DNA from: Elusimicrobiota bacterium
GTDB taxonomy: Bacteria > RUG730 > JBDRED01
Length of the DNA: 60,406 nucleotides
Direction: 5' to 3'
Assembly (NCBI GenBank): GCA_043820025.1
Contig: JBDRED010000009.1
Span: forward strand, 1 to 60,406
This document shows positions 29,037-39,648 of the stretch, one piece after another (the stretch's first letter is position 1; every line of letters starts with the position of its first letter). Both the position numbers and the translations under genes were made by a program. The notes below the pieces were generated by a model. It did no database searches, was not told the DNA's origin, and saw nothing but the letters and a program-made list of their open reading frames with translations.

Positions 29037-30419
29037 TTATTTACCGCTCATTTTTATCTTAAGAACCTTCTTTGTTTTATCGGTTACCTTATATTCGTCC
29101 GATGATCTATATCCGGCTATCCAAATAATTTTATTATCCGCAGTAAGCAGCGGTAGTCTGTGCCTCATACTTGGCGCTATTTTCTCGTCAGAAAAATAAT
29201 CCTGAATTTTTTTCGACCCCTTAGAACCGTATGGTTGAAACCTGTCTCCAATATGCCAAAACCTTAGCTCTATTTTTTTTTCTTTTATAAGCTCATAGTC
29301 AAAGAATGCGCATTTTTTATCTTTTAAATCTTCTATTTCTTCCTTAGTAATTACAGCCGTTTCAAAAAAATAATCTCCAAAACTTATCTTTTCACCAAAT
29401 AAAATTTGAGTTGTATCGAGCAAAGGCCTTGAATCATCTTTTTTTATAGAAAACACCAGTTTATTATATTCTTTTGATAAACAAATCTTGCCGGGCAATG
29501 TTATTGAAAAGTTATTATTATTTGTCTCAATCAATCTGCAAATACGCGAAATATGCGAAAATCCCGCGTTTTTTTGCAAAATATCATATAAAACACGTCT
29601 CTTTGTCGCTGTATTATATACCATAAACTTTTTAAAATCAATAACAATATTATATATATCCTCTACAGAACATCTTTCAATAACTATTGATTCTAAAGCG
29701 CTATTTGCTAATTCCTCTAAAAATAAATCCTCTTCTTGGAGAATAGCTGAAGTATTTTGCAAATGCTGTTTAAATGAAGGATTGTATGACTGCATTAACG
29801 GTATTAGTTCGTTACGAACCTTGTTTCTAAAAAATTTTGTCTCGTTATTTGTATGGTCAACTTGAAAATTAATGTTATTGCTTTTCAAATATGCCTCAAT
29901 CTCTTGCCTATACACATTTAGAAGCGGCCGAATTATTGTAATTTTAGAATCAGAGGCTATCTGCCTTTTTATTGGAATACCCGCAAGTCCTTTTGCTCCT
30001 GCGCCGCGGATAAGCCACATAAGCATTGTTTCAATATTATCGTCAGCGTTATGCGCGACCGCTATCTTTGCGGCCCCTGTATCTTTACAAGCCTTTGTGA
30101 ATAATTCATATCTTGCTTTTCTTCCTTTTTCTTCGAGAGCGGTATCTCCCCGCAAATCCGCGCTAAATGAAGTAAAAGGCAAATCAAGCCCCTCAGAAAA
30201 CCTTTTTACAAACGCCTCGTCTTCGTTAGACGATCTCCCTCTTAATTTATGATTTACATGAACAACGTGAAGATTAAAACCAATATCTTTTTGAATTGAT
30301 TTCAGAATATACAAGAGGCATACAGAATCAGCTCCGCCGCTTACGCCAATTACAACTTTATCGCCCTTTGCAATTAAATTATTATTTTTAATTGCGCTGA
30401 GAATTTTTTCTCTAATCAT
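29037..30419 (-). CDS. tilS: tRNA(Ile)-lysidine synthase
   Basis: PP-loop VIGVSGGADSVCL. Synteny upstream of ftsH. Start taken at ATG 30419 rather than the TTG at 30458. Confidence 0.9.
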   Translation of the reverse strand: MIREKILSAIKNNNLIAKGDKVVIGVSGGADSVCLLYILKSIQKDIGFNLHVVHVNHKLRGRSSNEDEAFVKRFSEGLDLPFTSFSADLRGDTALEEKGRKARYELFTKACKDTGAAKIAVAHNADDNIETMLMWLIRGAGAKGLAGIPIKRQIASDSKITIIRPLLNVYRQEIEAYLKSNNINFQVDHTNNETKFFRNKVRNELIPLMQSYNPSFKQHLQNTSAILQEEDLFLEELANSALESIVIERCSVEDIYNIVIDFKKFMVYNTATKRRVLYDILQKNAGFSHISRICRLIETNNNNFSITLPGKICLSKEYNKLVFSIKKDDSRPLLDTTQILFGEKISFGDYFFETAVITKEEIEDLKDKKCAFFDYELIKEKKIELRFWHIGDRFQPYGSKGSKKIQDYFSDEKIAPSMRHRLPLLTADNKIIWIAGYRSSDEYKVTDKTKKVLKIKMSGK

Positions 30420-30435
30420 TTTTATCTCTCTGCTT

Positions 30436-31524
30436 TTATACTCCGAAACTAACTCCAAACGCTTTTGCTGTTCTTACAAGTTCGTGGTTTTTAGAAACAT
30501 TTTTTGTTTTGCCCGCAATTTTTTCTAAAGAAACATACACAAGCTTTCCTCCTCTTGAACCAACCATACATCCGAATTTTTTCTTAACAGCCATATTTAT
30601 CGCTTCATACCCAAACTCAGACGCAAGAATTCTGTCATAAGCAGTAGGAGTCCCTCCTCTCTGCAAATGCCCAAGCACAACAACCCTGCACTCTTTAGCT
30701 GTAAGTTTCTCTAAATCATCCGCAAGCTTCATACCTGCTCCGCCAAGCCTTACGGGATCTGTGCTTTCATTAATAATCTTTTGCACGCTAAACCTGCCGC
30801 CTTTAGGCTTTGCCCCCTCGGAAATAACTATAATCGTAAACAGCCTTCCTTTATTTTGTCTATCCTTTAATACCTGTAATATTTTTGTAATTTCATACGG
30901 CATTTCCGGCAAGAGTATTATGTCTCCTCCTCCTGCTATGCCTGAATGCAAAGCAATCCAGCCGGCGTACCTTCCCATAACCTCCACAATAATTACTCTA
31001 TGGTGCGACTCTGCCGTAGTATGCAGTCTGTCAATAGCTTCAGTCACAATCGAGACAGCTGTGTCAAATCCAAATGTCCTGTCTGTTCCTATTAGGTCAT
31101 TGTCTATGGTTTTTGGAACGCCAATAACATTTATCCCGTCTTTATAAAGCTTATACGCAATACTCTGAGAACCGTCGCCGCCTATGCAAACCAATGCTTC
31201 AAGCCCTAATTCTTTATAATTTTTTATCGCTTCCTTTGACCTATCCTCTATAATTAATTTCCCTTTTTTTTTATATGGAAACCTGTATGGATTTGCGGTA
31301 TTTGATGTGCCAAGCACAGTGCCGCCCTTTGTTATTATTCCTGAAACATCATTAAATGATAAATGTTTATATTTATTTGTAACAAGGCCTTCATATCCGT
31401 CATAAAATCCAATGATCTCTATACCGTGTTCTGTCACAGCTGATTTAACCACGGCCCGTAGAACAGCATTAAGGCCCGGGCAGTCGCCTCCTGCAGTCAA
31501 TACACCAATTCGTTTAACAGTCAT
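30436..31524 (-). CDS. pfk: 6-phosphofructokinase (phosphoryl donor not assignable)
   Basis: RIGVLTAGGDCPGLNAV, IGGDGS, PKTIDNDL. Start at ATG 31524 with GGAGG 6 nt upstream. Confidence 0.92.
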   Translation of the reverse strand: MTVKRIGVLTAGGDCPGLNAVLRAVVKSAVTEHGIEIIGFYDGYEGLVTNKYKHLSFNDVSGIITKGGTVLGTSNTANPYRFPYKKKGKLIIEDRSKEAIKNYKELGLEALVCIGGDGSQSIAYKLYKDGINVIGVPKTIDNDLIGTDRTFGFDTAVSIVTEAIDRLHTTAESHHRVIIVEVMGRYAGWIALHSGIAGGGDIILLPEMPYEITKILQVLKDRQNKGRLFTIIVISEGAKPKGGRFSVQKIINESTDPVRLGGAGMKLADDLEKLTAKECRVVVLGHLQRGGTPTAYDRILASEFGYEAINMAVKKKFGCMVGSRGGKLVYVSLEKIAGKTKNVSKNHELVRTAKAFGVSFGV

Positions 31525-31643
31525 ATATTCCCTCCGTTTCATAAGTTAATGAGTTATTATAATTGTTACAATACTTCCGAATTCTATTTTATATTATTTT
31601 ATTTGAATCGGCTAGTTTGATGATTGATTATAAAAGAATTATT

Positions 31644-31717
31644 TAGCGGCGCAGGGATTTGAACCCCGGACCTGCGGATTATGATTCCGTCGCTCTAACC
31701 AGCTGAGCTACGCCGCC
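31644..31717 (-). tRNA. tRNA with CAU anticodon (elongator Met, or Ile2 that requires lysidine)
   Basis: Reverse complement GGCGGCGTAGCTCAGCTGGTTAGAGCGACGGAATCATAATCCGCAGGTCCGGGGTTCAAATCCCTGCGCCGCTA folds as a cloverleaf. The anticodon stem lacks the three G-C pairs of initiator tRNA. No encoded CCA. Confidence 0.85.
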
Positions 31718-31782
31718 AATAATTGAAATGATTTATATGTATACCAATTTAATGCTTGTTTTTCAAGTGAAAAGTGAACTGA

Positions 31783-31838
31783 GGGACAGACCCCAAAATT
31801 CGGAAAATTTTAAAATACCTGATTTTGGGGGCTGTTCC
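31783..31838 (-). terminator. Long imperfect hairpin downstream of the TlpA-like gene (probable terminator)
   Basis: Arms 31783-31799 and 31822-31838 pair at 16 of 17 positions (one G-U included) with a 22-nt loop. Begins 6 nt after the stop at 31844. The downstream tail is only moderately T-rich. Confidence 0.5.
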
Positions 31839-31843
31839 TCCGG

Positions 31844-32392
31844 TTATAGAAGCTCAAGTATTTGTTTTTCAAAAACCTCTTTTGGCGCATATCCAATATG
31901 TTTACCTCTAATATTTCCTTCCCTGTCAATAATAAATGTTGTTGGTATGCCCCTAATTCCGCCATACGCAATTGTAACAGGCTCATCACCTAAAACAAGC
32001 GTGTAATTTATTCCCATCTCCTCTGCAAATGGAGCAATAACTCCGGGCCCTTCCATATCAAGCGTAACTCCGACTATTTCAAGTCCCTGTTCTTTGTATT
32101 TATTTTGTAGTTCAACAAATCCGGGTATTTCCATTCTGCATGGCGGGCACCATGTTGCCCAAAAATCCAGTATTATTACCTTTCCTTTTAAAGACGATAA
32201 AGTAAAATCTCCTTCTTCAAGAGCCAATGGCAATGTGAAATCGGAAGCGTCGCCCCAATCAGACGCTGTCAGAGTATTTTTTTCACTGACAGTTTTTAAA
32301 GGCTTTTCGTTTTTTGCAGCCTCACTGCCGCAGCTGACTAAAAACACGCTAAATATAGTTACGAGTATTGCTGTTTTTGTTATTTGTATCAT
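31844..32392 (-). CDS. TlpA/ResA-like periplasmic thiol:disulfide oxidoreductase lipoprotein
   Basis: Lipobox LVSCGS. WATWCPPC active site. Thioredoxin fold length. Confidence 0.88.
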   Translation of the reverse strand: MIQITKTAILVTIFSVFLVSCGSEAAKNEKPLKTVSEKNTLTASDWGDASDFTLPLALEEGDFTLSSLKGKVIILDFWATWCPPCRMEIPGFVELQNKYKEQGLEIVGVTLDMEGPGVIAPFAEEMGINYTLVLGDEPVTIAYGGIRGIPTTFIIDREGNIRGKHIGYAPKEVFEKQILELL

Positions 32393-32522
32393 ATAATCCC
32401 TCCTCTATTGTTTAATAATTTATTATAGCAATATAATATTTAGTGTCAAGGAATATATTGTAATATTCATATATTATTATATAGTTTGTTCTGAAAAAGC
32501 GGGCCTATTGCAAATTTAATAA

Positions 32523-32555
32523 TAAAAAAAACGCCGGCTTAAAGACGGCGTTTTT
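32523..32555 (-). terminator. Rho-independent terminator of the tRNA operon (sequence is bidirectional)
   Basis: ACGCCG / CGGCGT stem (32530-32535 / 32545-32550) is flanked by an A-run on one side and a T-run on the other. On the minus strand the hairpin is followed by T8. Confidence 0.8.
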
Positions 32556-32590
32556 TAACGCAATACGCTGTTCGCGCAACGCATTACGAA

Positions 32591-32667
32591 ATGGCGGGGA
32601 CGACGAGACTTGAACTCGCGGTCTCGGCCTTGACAGGGCCGCATGTTAACCAACTACACCACGCCCC
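32591..32667 (-). tRNA. tRNA-Asp (GUC), CCA encoded
   Basis: Reverse complement GGGGGCGTGGTGTAGTTGGTTAACATGCGGCCCTGTCAAGGCCGAGACCGCGAGTTCAAGTCTCGTCGTCCCCGCCA. Anticodon loop CTGTCAA. Confidence 0.93.
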
Positions 32668-32759
32668 CACACCAAAAAGATTAAAGAGTTTATATAATAC
32701 GTTATACGCATGCTTACCCATCTAAAGGCGCCGGCCGCATCGCGTACTACGATTATATT

Positions 32760-32833
32760 TGGGCAATGAGGGAGTTGAACCCCCGACCTTTCGGATGTAA
32801 GCCGAACGCTCTAACCAACTGAGCTAATTGCCC
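32760..32833 (-). tRNA. tRNA-Val (UAC)
   Basis: Reverse complement GGGCAATTAGCTCAGTTGGTTAGAGCGTTCGGCTTACATCCGAAAGGTCGGGGGTTCAACTCCCTCATTGCCCA. Anticodon loop CTTACAT. Confidence 0.93.
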
Positions 32834-32955
32834 AAAAAATTCAAAATCGCTAATCAAAATCAGAGAACCATTTACTACAATAACGCATTACTATTTATTA
32901 TCATTATATCCTATTTTTTAAGTTTAATTACACACTAAAAGTTTTTAATTAAACT

Positions 32956-33027
32956 TACCCCCAAGGGGATTCGAACCCCTGCTACCGCCGTGAAAGGGCG
33001 ATGACCTAACCGCTAGTCTATGGGGGC
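32956..33027 (-). tRNA. tRNA-Glu (UUC)
   Basis: Reverse complement GCCCCCATAGACTAGCGGTTAGGTCATCGCCCTTTCACGGCGGTAGCAGGGGTTCGAATCCCCTTGGGGGTA. Anticodon loop CTTTCAC. Confidence 0.92.
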
Positions 33028-33047
33028 AAAATAGGCGTTTCTATTAT

Positions 33048-33119
33048 TGAGCCGGGTGCGACTTGAACGCACGACCACCTCCTTAAAAGGGAGATGCTCT
33101 ACCACTGAGCTACCGGCCC
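33048..33119 (-). tRNA. tRNA-Lys (UUU)
   Basis: Reverse complement GGGCCGGTAGCTCAGTGGTAGAGCATCTCCCTTTTAAGGAGGTGGTCGTGCGTTCAAGTCGCACCCGGCTCA. Anticodon loop CTTTTAA. Confidence 0.92.
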
Positions 33120-33201
33120 AAAAAATATTTATCAACACATCCCTATTAATACCATTTTTAAATTTACTTCTCTTGAAGCATTAAAAAAGGGAAGAAATTA
33201 A

Positions 33202-34785
33202 TTACAATACCACCAGTTTAACTGAATTAATGTTAGGTTCATTCTCTATTATTTTTAAAACATTATTCGGTATAATTTGGTCAATATTTGTGACAATAAG
33301 AGCTTTCCCGCCCGATGTTTTTCTGCCAACCTGCATACCCGCTATATTAATCTTCGCTTCGCCAAGTATTGTGCCAATCTGCCCAACAACTCCGGGTATA
33401 TCATTATTTGTGCAAATTAATAAATATCCTGTTGGTATTGCGTCAATTGAAAAATCATTAATTCGTATTATTCTAATATTATTCTTATGCAGTACAGTGC
33501 CTGCAACAATATTTTCTTCCTTTTCCGTAGTAACCTTTACAGTTATAAGATTAACAAAATCATCTATTCTATTAATTTTACTTTCAGTTATTTTAATACC
33601 TCTTTCCTTAGCTAAAAAAGGAGCATTAACAAAATTAACCTCTTCTTCATATTTTTCAAGCAAGCCTTTTAATAACGCTGTTGTAATAGGGTTAACTTCA
33701 TAAGACGCGATTTCTCCGCCATAAGTAACTTCAACACGCCTAACTCCGCCTTCAGATATCTGCGCCTGCAAAGCTCCGAGTTTAATCGCAAGATTAATAA
33801 ACGGCTCGAGCTTCTTTAATAATTCCGGCGCTACGGACGGAACATTAACAGCATTCCTAACTAAATTATTTTCAAAAAAATCCTTAATCTGTTTTGAAAT
33901 ATCAACAGCGACCTTAATCTGAGCCTCTTCAGTAGAAGCGCCCAGATGAGGAGTAACAACAACATTAGCAAGCTTAAACAAAGGGCTGTCTATGCAAGGC
34001 TCTGTTGCATACACATCAAAAGCAGCGCCTTTAACTTTGCCGTTTTTAATTGCTTCAGCCAGATCAGCCTCATTGACTATGCCGCCGCGAGCCACATTTA
34101 TTATTCTTACATCCTTTTTCATCTTTGCGATTGTGTCTTTATTAATTAAATTTTCAGTTTCGCTATTGCGCGGTATATGCAATGTTATATAATCCGCTTC
34201 CTTTAAAATATCATCTATAGTTCCTAATCTAACCCCCATCTTTTCTGCCTGTTCCTGTGTGAGCATCGGATCATATGCTAAAATATCCATACCAAAAGCT
34301 TTTGCTCTTTTAGCAACCTCAGCGCCTATTTTACCAAGGCCTATAATACCTAAAACTTTATCTAATACTTCAGTGCCTGTAAATTCCTTTCGTTTCCATT
34401 CGCCCTTTTTTAAAGACTCATTCGCCTGCGGTATATTACGTGAAAGCGCAAGCATCATACTAATTGTATGCTCTGCAGCTGAAATTGTGTTGCCGCCGGG
34501 AGTATTCATTACAACTATACCCTTTTTGCTTGCTGCTTTTACATCTACATTATCTATTCCAACGCCTGCTCTGCCTATTACCTTAAGCTTTTTAGCCGCA
34601 TTGATTACGCTCTCTGTTACCTTGGTCTCGCTCCTAATGAGCAGAGCGTCATAGTCGGGTATTATTTTTATTAGTTCGCTCTCCGGCAGTTTTGTTTTAA
34701 CATCAATCGAATAACCATTGCTTTCTTTAAGAACATTTATGCCTTGTTCTGATAGTGGATCACTAATTAAAATTTTTATTGTCAT
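33202..34785 (-). CDS. serA: D-3-phosphoglycerate dehydrogenase (long form with ACT domain)
   Basis: 527 aa. NAD site GIIGLGKIGAEVA, catalytic PHLGAST, C-terminal ACT-like region. Confidence 0.93.
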   Translation of the reverse strand: MTIKILISDPLSEQGINVLKESNGYSIDVKTKLPESELIKIIPDYDALLIRSETKVTESVINAAKKLKVIGRAGVGIDNVDVKAASKKGIVVMNTPGGNTISAAEHTISMMLALSRNIPQANESLKKGEWKRKEFTGTEVLDKVLGIIGLGKIGAEVAKRAKAFGMDILAYDPMLTQEQAEKMGVRLGTIDDILKEADYITLHIPRNSETENLINKDTIAKMKKDVRIINVARGGIVNEADLAEAIKNGKVKGAAFDVYATEPCIDSPLFKLANVVVTPHLGASTEEAQIKVAVDISKQIKDFFENNLVRNAVNVPSVAPELLKKLEPFINLAIKLGALQAQISEGGVRRVEVTYGGEIASYEVNPITTALLKGLLEKYEEEVNFVNAPFLAKERGIKITESKINRIDDFVNLITVKVTTEKEENIVAGTVLHKNNIRIIRINDFSIDAIPTGYLLICTNNDIPGVVGQIGTILGEAKINIAGMQVGRKTSGGKALIVTNIDQIIPNNVLKIIENEPNINSVKLVVL

Positions 34786-34816
34786 TAGTTTTACTTCCTC
34801 TTTAAAAATTACTTAA

Positions 34817-35944
34817 CTAATAATTCTTTTTCAGCAGCAGCACACCGCTGCCTAAAACAATCTTAACTCCTAATTCTGTTAATGCCATCTCAAGAGCGCT
34901 TATGCCTATTATCAAATCAAATCGTTCCATGTAGCCTAAATGCGCCATTCGAAATATTTTGCCTTTCAGGTCAAGCTGGCCGCCTGCAATACTGACGCCA
35001 TATTCCTGCCTGAGTTTTTTTACTATCTTGCCGCCCTCAATACCTTCAGGAACCTTAACAGATGTAACAACATCGCAAGGATTTGACGCAAATAGTTCAA
35101 GGCCCATTGCCTTAAAACCGGCCCTTGCGCCTCTAGCCAGCCTTTGATGACGAGCCCAAATATTTTCAATACCCTCTTCAAGCATCATCTCTAATGCTTT
35201 TGTAAGCGCCACAACTAAAGAAACAGGCGGCGTAAAAGGCGTTTCATTATCTGCTAATTTCTTTTTATACTTTTTTAAATCAAAATAATATTTAGGCAGT
35301 TTAGAAGACTCTACCGCTTTCCACGCTTTTTCATTTAGCGAAATAAATGCAAGGCCGGGCGCTAACATAAATCCTTTTTGCGAACCGGTTACAACAACAT
35401 CAACGCCCCACTCCTTTGTCTTCATTACCTGTCCGCCTAAACCGCTTATAGCGTCAACGACTAAAAGAGTTTCCTTATCTTTCACAAGCCCTGCCAATGC
35501 TTTTATGTCATTTACAACGCCTGTTGACGTTTCAATTAATGTTGAAAATATTGCTTTTATGCCGGGTGTTTTTTCAAGCCGGTCCTTTACCTTATTTATA
35601 TCAACAGCATTACCCCATTTTTCAACTATCACAATCGGCTCGATTCCATATGCCTTTATTATCTGCGCCCAACGCTGGCCAAAAACACCTGTGTCTAAAA
35701 CTAATACCTTATCCCCCGGAGAAAGAAGATTTATGACCGCCGCTTCCATAGCTCCTGTGCCTGACGATGCGATTATTAAAACATCATTATCCGTTACAAA
35801 TATCTTTTTTAATCCTTCTTTCGCCTTTTCAAAAATCGCGCTAAACTCAGATGTTCTATGGTGCAGTATAGGCTGGCCTTCAGCGCTTAAAACTTCCGGC
35901 GGCACCGGCGTAGGGCCGGGCGTTAATAAATATTTCTTAATCAT
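34817..35944 (-). CDS. Class-V aminotransferase (AGXT/SerC-like), probable phosphoserine aminotransferase by synteny with serA
   Basis: 375 aa. LTPGPTPVP N-terminus. PLP lysine context TGSQKGFMLAPG. Confidence 0.85.
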   Translation of the reverse strand: MIKKYLLTPGPTPVPPEVLSAEGQPILHHRTSEFSAIFEKAKEGLKKIFVTDNDVLIIASSGTGAMEAAVINLLSPGDKVLVLDTGVFGQRWAQIIKAYGIEPIVIVEKWGNAVDINKVKDRLEKTPGIKAIFSTLIETSTGVVNDIKALAGLVKDKETLLVVDAISGLGGQVMKTKEWGVDVVVTGSQKGFMLAPGLAFISLNEKAWKAVESSKLPKYYFDLKKYKKKLADNETPFTPPVSLVVALTKALEMMLEEGIENIWARHQRLARGARAGFKAMGLELFASNPCDVVTSVKVPEGIEGGKIVKKLRQEYGVSIAGGQLDLKGKIFRMAHLGYMERFDLIIGISALEMALTELGVKIVLGSGVLLLKKNY

Positions 35945-36022
35945 AAACCCTCCAAACTGTCACAGATTCTTAAAAATTTCCATTATTTTAAAAGGCTTTC
36001 TTTGCTATGTAAAGGCAGTATT

Positions 36023-38362
36023 TTATCTTTTTGCAAGCGCTTTGTCAATAACTTCAGTAATATGTTTTACGGTAATAAGATTGATTTTTTTTTGTATTTC
36101 TTTTGGGATTTCTTCAATATCCTTAATATTATCTACCGGGAATAATATGGTTTTAATGCCGCCGCGGTGAGCTGCAAGCACCTTTTCCTTTAATCCGCCT
36201 ATAGGAAGAACCCTGCCTCTTAATGTCATCTCGCCTGTCATTGCAAGATCTTTCTTAACCTTCCTGCCTGTTAGAGCTGAAATCATAGCCACTGTCATTG
36301 TAATACCGGCTGAAGGGCCGTCCTTTGGTATAGCGCCCTCAGGAACATGAACATGTATTTCCTTGTCGTTAAAAAAGCCTTCTTTTATACCGAGTTTTTT
36401 CGCGTTTGATCTGATATATGATAGGCCTGCCTGAGCTGATTCTTTCATTACATCTCCCAGCTTTCCGGTAAGGCTGAGTACGCCTTTACCGGGCATAATT
36501 GAAACTTCAATATTAAGAATATCACCTCCGACTTCTGTCCAAGCAAGGCCTGTGGCAACACCTATTTCATTTTCCGCGTGCAGGTCTGAAAAGAACTTTG
36601 GAGCGCCTAAATATAGATCAATATTTTTGGGGTCAACATTGATTTTTTTGGATATCTTAAGTTTTTCAGCGACTATATTTTTTGCGATCTTTCTGCATAT
36701 ATTCGCTATTTCTCGTTCCAAATTTCTTACGCCGGCCTCTCTTGTGTATCCTTTAATAATAGCCTTTATTGACTCGTCGTTAAAATCTATATTTGCCTTG
36801 TCCAATCCATTTTCTTTTTTTTGTTTTGGCACTAAATATTTTTGCGCTATCTTTACCTTTTCATGAGTTGTGTAACCCGGGAATCTTATAAGCTCCATCC
36901 TGTCAAAGAGCGCAGGCGGAATATTATAAAATGTATTAGCCGTTGTTATAAACAATACATCCGATAAATCAAACTCTACCTCTAAATAATGATCCGCGAA
37001 TGTAGAATTCTGCTCAGGATCAAGCACCTCTAAAAGCGCTGACGCCGGATCCCCTCTAAAATCCATGCCAAGCTTATCTATTTCATCCAGCAGAAAAACA
37101 GGATTTTTAAATTTGGCTTTGCGTAATGATTGTATTATTCTGCCGGGTAGAGCGCCAATATATGTTCTTCTGTGCCCTCTAATTTCTGCCTCATCCCTGA
37201 CACCGCCAAGCGAAATGCGTATAAATGTCCGTCCCATTGCCCTGGCTATAGACCTGCCCAATGATGTTTTTCCCACGCCCGGAGGCCCCACAAAACAAAG
37301 TATCGGGCCTTTCATTTTTTTTGTCAGCTTTCGTACGGCAAGATATTCCAGAATCCTTTCTTTTGCTTTCTGTAATCCATAATGATCTTCCTCTAAAATC
37401 TTTTCGGCTGTCTTAACGTCAAGCCTGTCATTTGTTTTTTTATCCCATGGCAGAGTGATAAGCCAGTCAAGATACGTTCTAATAACCGTTGCCTCCGGAG
37501 AAAAAGGCATCATCTTCGTTAATCGCTCATGTTCTTTTATCGCGGCTTCTTCAGCCTCTTTTGTCATATTCGCGGCTTTTATCGCGCCCGCTAATTCATC
37601 CATCTCAGTTGAATATTCATCCTTATGCTTCAACTCCTTTTTAATAGCTTTCATCTGTTCTGTTAAATAATACTCTTTCTGTGATTTTTCTATCTGCCCT
37701 CTTACACGGCCTTGAATCTTTTTCTCGAGCATTAATATCTCATTTTCTGACGCAATTATGCTCGACAATTTATTCAGCCTTTCAACAGGGTCAATCACAG
37801 CGAGTAAAAGTTGTTTATCCTTAACCTTTATTAAAATATGGGCGGCTATAATATCCGCTAATTTTTCAGGATCGTCTATATTGGCCAAATTTAGCGTTAA
37901 ATCAAGCGGCAGGCGCCTGTTTAATTTTATATATTCCTCAAAAAGATACTGAACGTTTCTCATAAGCGCTTCTATCTCGTGCGTAACGACTACAGGCTTC
38001 TTAAGTTCTGCAATCTCTACATCAACGTATCCAACTCGCTCGAAATAATCTATAATTTTTGCCCTGCTTATGCCTTCAACAAGTATCTTGATTGTTCCAT
38101 CCGGAATTCTTAGAAGCTGTAAAATCTCGACAATACATCCAACCTCGAAAAGATCTTCTTTTGAAGGATTTTCAGTCTGCAGTTTTTTTTGCGTAGCAAC
38201 AAATATCAGCCTATTCCCATCCATCGCCTTTTCCAGGGCTTTTATAGACTTTTCTCTGCCCACTGCTAACGGCATCATCATGTGCGGGAAAATAATAACA
38301 TCCCTTATAGGAAGAAGCGGAAGTATTTCAGGAATCATAATCTTTTTTTTATCATTATTCAT
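36023..38362 (-). CDS. lon: ATP-dependent Lon protease
   Basis: [14 protein letters not shown]-domain, GPPGVGKTS, protease site [11 protein letters not shown]. Confidence 0.97.
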   Translation of the reverse strand: MNNDKKKIMIPEILPLLPIRDVIIFPHMMMPLAVGREKSIKALEKAMDGNRLIFVATQKKLQTENPSKEDLFEVGCIVEILQLLRIPDGTIKILVEGISRAKIIDYFERVGYVDVEIAELKKPVVVTHEIEALMRNVQYLFEEYIKLNRRLPLDLTLNLANIDDPEKLADIIAAHILIKVKDKQLLLAVIDPVERLNKLSSIIASENEILMLEKKIQGRVRGQIEKSQKEYYLTEQMKAIKKELKHKDEYSTEMDELAGAIKAANMTKEAEEAAIKEHERLTKMMPFSPEATVIRTYLDWLITLPWDKKTNDRLDVKTAEKILEEDHYGLQKAKERILEYLAVRKLTKKMKGPILCFVGPPGVGKTSLGRSIARAMGRTFIRISLGGVRDEAEIRGHRRTYIGALPGRIIQSLRKAKFKNPVFLLDEIDKLGMDFRGDPASALLEVLDPEQNSTFADHYLEVEFDLSDVLFITTANTFYNIPPALFDRMELIRFPGYTTHEKVKIAQKYLVPKQKKENGLDKANIDFNDESIKAIIKGYTREAGVRNLEREIANICRKIAKNIVAEKLKISKKINVDPKNIDLYLGAPKFFSDLHAENEIGVATGLAWTEVGGDILNIEVSIMPGKGVLSLTGKLGDVMKESAQAGLSYIRSNAKKLGIKEGFFNDKEIHVHVPEGAIPKDGPSAGITMTVAMISALTGRKVKKDLAMTGEMTLRGRVLPIGGLKEKVLAAHRGGIKTILFPVDNIKDIEEIPKEIQKKINLITVKHITEVIDKALAKR

Positions 38363-39606
38363 GCTGTTTGTTTCTCCTTTTCCTGTACCGTAAATTGCGC
38401 GGAAGCGAGAATTACATCTTCGTCGATAATATATTTCTTAGCTTCCTTATTTCCATCAAACGCAAACATAATATCAAGCATACTTTCCTCGATAATCGCG
38501 CGCAGGCCTCTGGCGCCTGTGCCTCGCTCTAAGGCTAACCGCGCAATAACAGCTATTGCCCCTTCAGTAAACTCCAGTTCGATATTTTCAAAAGAAAATA
38601 TCTTTTTATATTGTTTAATTAATGAATTTTTTGGCTTTGTCAATATATCAATAAGCGCATTTTTGTCAAGCGGCGATAGCGAAGATACCATAGGCAGTCT
38701 TCCAATAAGCTCAGGGATAATTCCATATTTTATTAAATCTTCAGGCCTTGCCTGCCCTAATAAAGTGTCTCTATTTTCTTTTGTTTGCGCTTCTTTGTCC
38801 TTAATAAAACCAATTTTCTTTTTATTTAGCCGCGATTCTATTATTTTATCTAATCCGTCAAACGCGCCGCCGCATATAAATAAAATATTCTCTGTGTTAA
38901 CCTTGATAAATTCCTGCTGTGGATGCTTTCTTCCTCCTTGAGGCGGAACATTCGCAATGGTTCCCTCGAGAATCTTTAATAACGCCTGCTGAACGCCCTC
39001 GCCTGAGACATCTCTTGTAATTGAAGGCGTTCCGTTTTTCCTGGCAATTTTATCTATCTCATCTATATAAATAATGCCGCGCTCAGCTTGTTTAACATTA
39101 TTATTTGAATTTTGCAAAAGCCTTAAAATTATATTCTCAACATCTTCTCCGACATATCCTGCTTCTGTCAGCGCTGTAGCGTCAGCTATAGCAAACGGAA
39201 CCTTTAAGAGTTTAGCCAGAGTTTGAGCTAAGAGTGTTTTACCGGTACCCGTAGGGCCAATGAGCAGTATATTGGATTTTTGTATTTCAATATCCTTATG
39301 AGCATCACAGCCCTTCTCAAATATTCTCTTATAATGATTATATACCGCGACTGAAAGGACCTTTTTCGCCTGTTCCTGCCCTATTACATGATCATCTAAA
39401 AATGTCTTTATCTCTTTTGGATTTGGAATTATGGAAAGCATCTCATCGTCATTAATATTTTTATATAAATCCTTCAATATCTTAGACGACATTTTTATAC
39501 AGTCTTCACAAATATAGACATGCTGATTCCCAATAAGCCTCTTTCCGCTTCTTTTATCTTTGCCGCAAAACACGCACTTAATTATTTTTTTATCCATGAT
39601 ATCCAT
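38359..39606 (-). CDS. clpX: ATP-dependent Clp protease ATP-binding subunit ClpX
   Basis: Zinc ribbon CVFCGK...[23 protein letters not shown]. Its stop overlaps the lon start by 4 nt. Confidence 0.97.
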   Translation of the reverse strand: MDIMDKKIIKCVFCGKDKRSGKRLIGNQHVYICEDCIKMSSKILKDLYKNINDDEMLSIIPNPKEIKTFLDDHVIGQEQAKKVLSVAVYNHYKRIFEKGCDAHKDIEIQKSNILLIGPTGTGKTLLAQTLAKLLKVPFAIADATALTEAGYVGEDVENIILRLLQNSNNNVKQAERGIIYIDEIDKIARKNGTPSITRDVSGEGVQQALLKILEGTIANVPPQGGRKHPQQEFIKVNTENILFICGGAFDGLDKIIESRLNKKKIGFIKDKEAQTKENRDTLLGQARPEDLIKYGIIPELIGRLPMVSSLSPLDKNALIDILTKPKNSLIKQYKKIFSFENIELEFTEGAIAVIARLALERGTGARGLRAIIEESMLDIMFAFDGNKEAKKYIIDEDVILASAQFTVQEKEKQTA

Positions 39607-39648
39607 AATATATTTCCTATTTTTCGACTGCCGTTCGCTTAATATACG

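Noticed and set aside
32558-32590. Recurring ACGCA(A/T)TACG-like motif in intergenic regions (also about 12500, 32697, 41690)
   Set aside because: A very similar string occurs inside coding sequence (57679-57690) and the copies are degenerate. I cannot distinguish it from chance without genome-wide counts.
32591-33119. tRNA cluster as an integration hotspot or edge of a genomic island
   Set aside because: I saw no integrase, transposase or duplicated tRNA 3' fragment nearby. The flanking genes (serA, tlpA-like) are ordinary.
35505-36170. 221-aa plus-strand ORF spanning the aminotransferase 5' end and the lon 3' end
   Set aside because: It is antisense to two well-supported genes and crosses their intergenic gap. 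The translation is low-complexity with no motifs.
38282-38941. 219-aa plus-strand ORF
   Set aside because: It is antisense to clpX and lon, a shadow ORF in AT-rich DNA with few stop codons in that frame.
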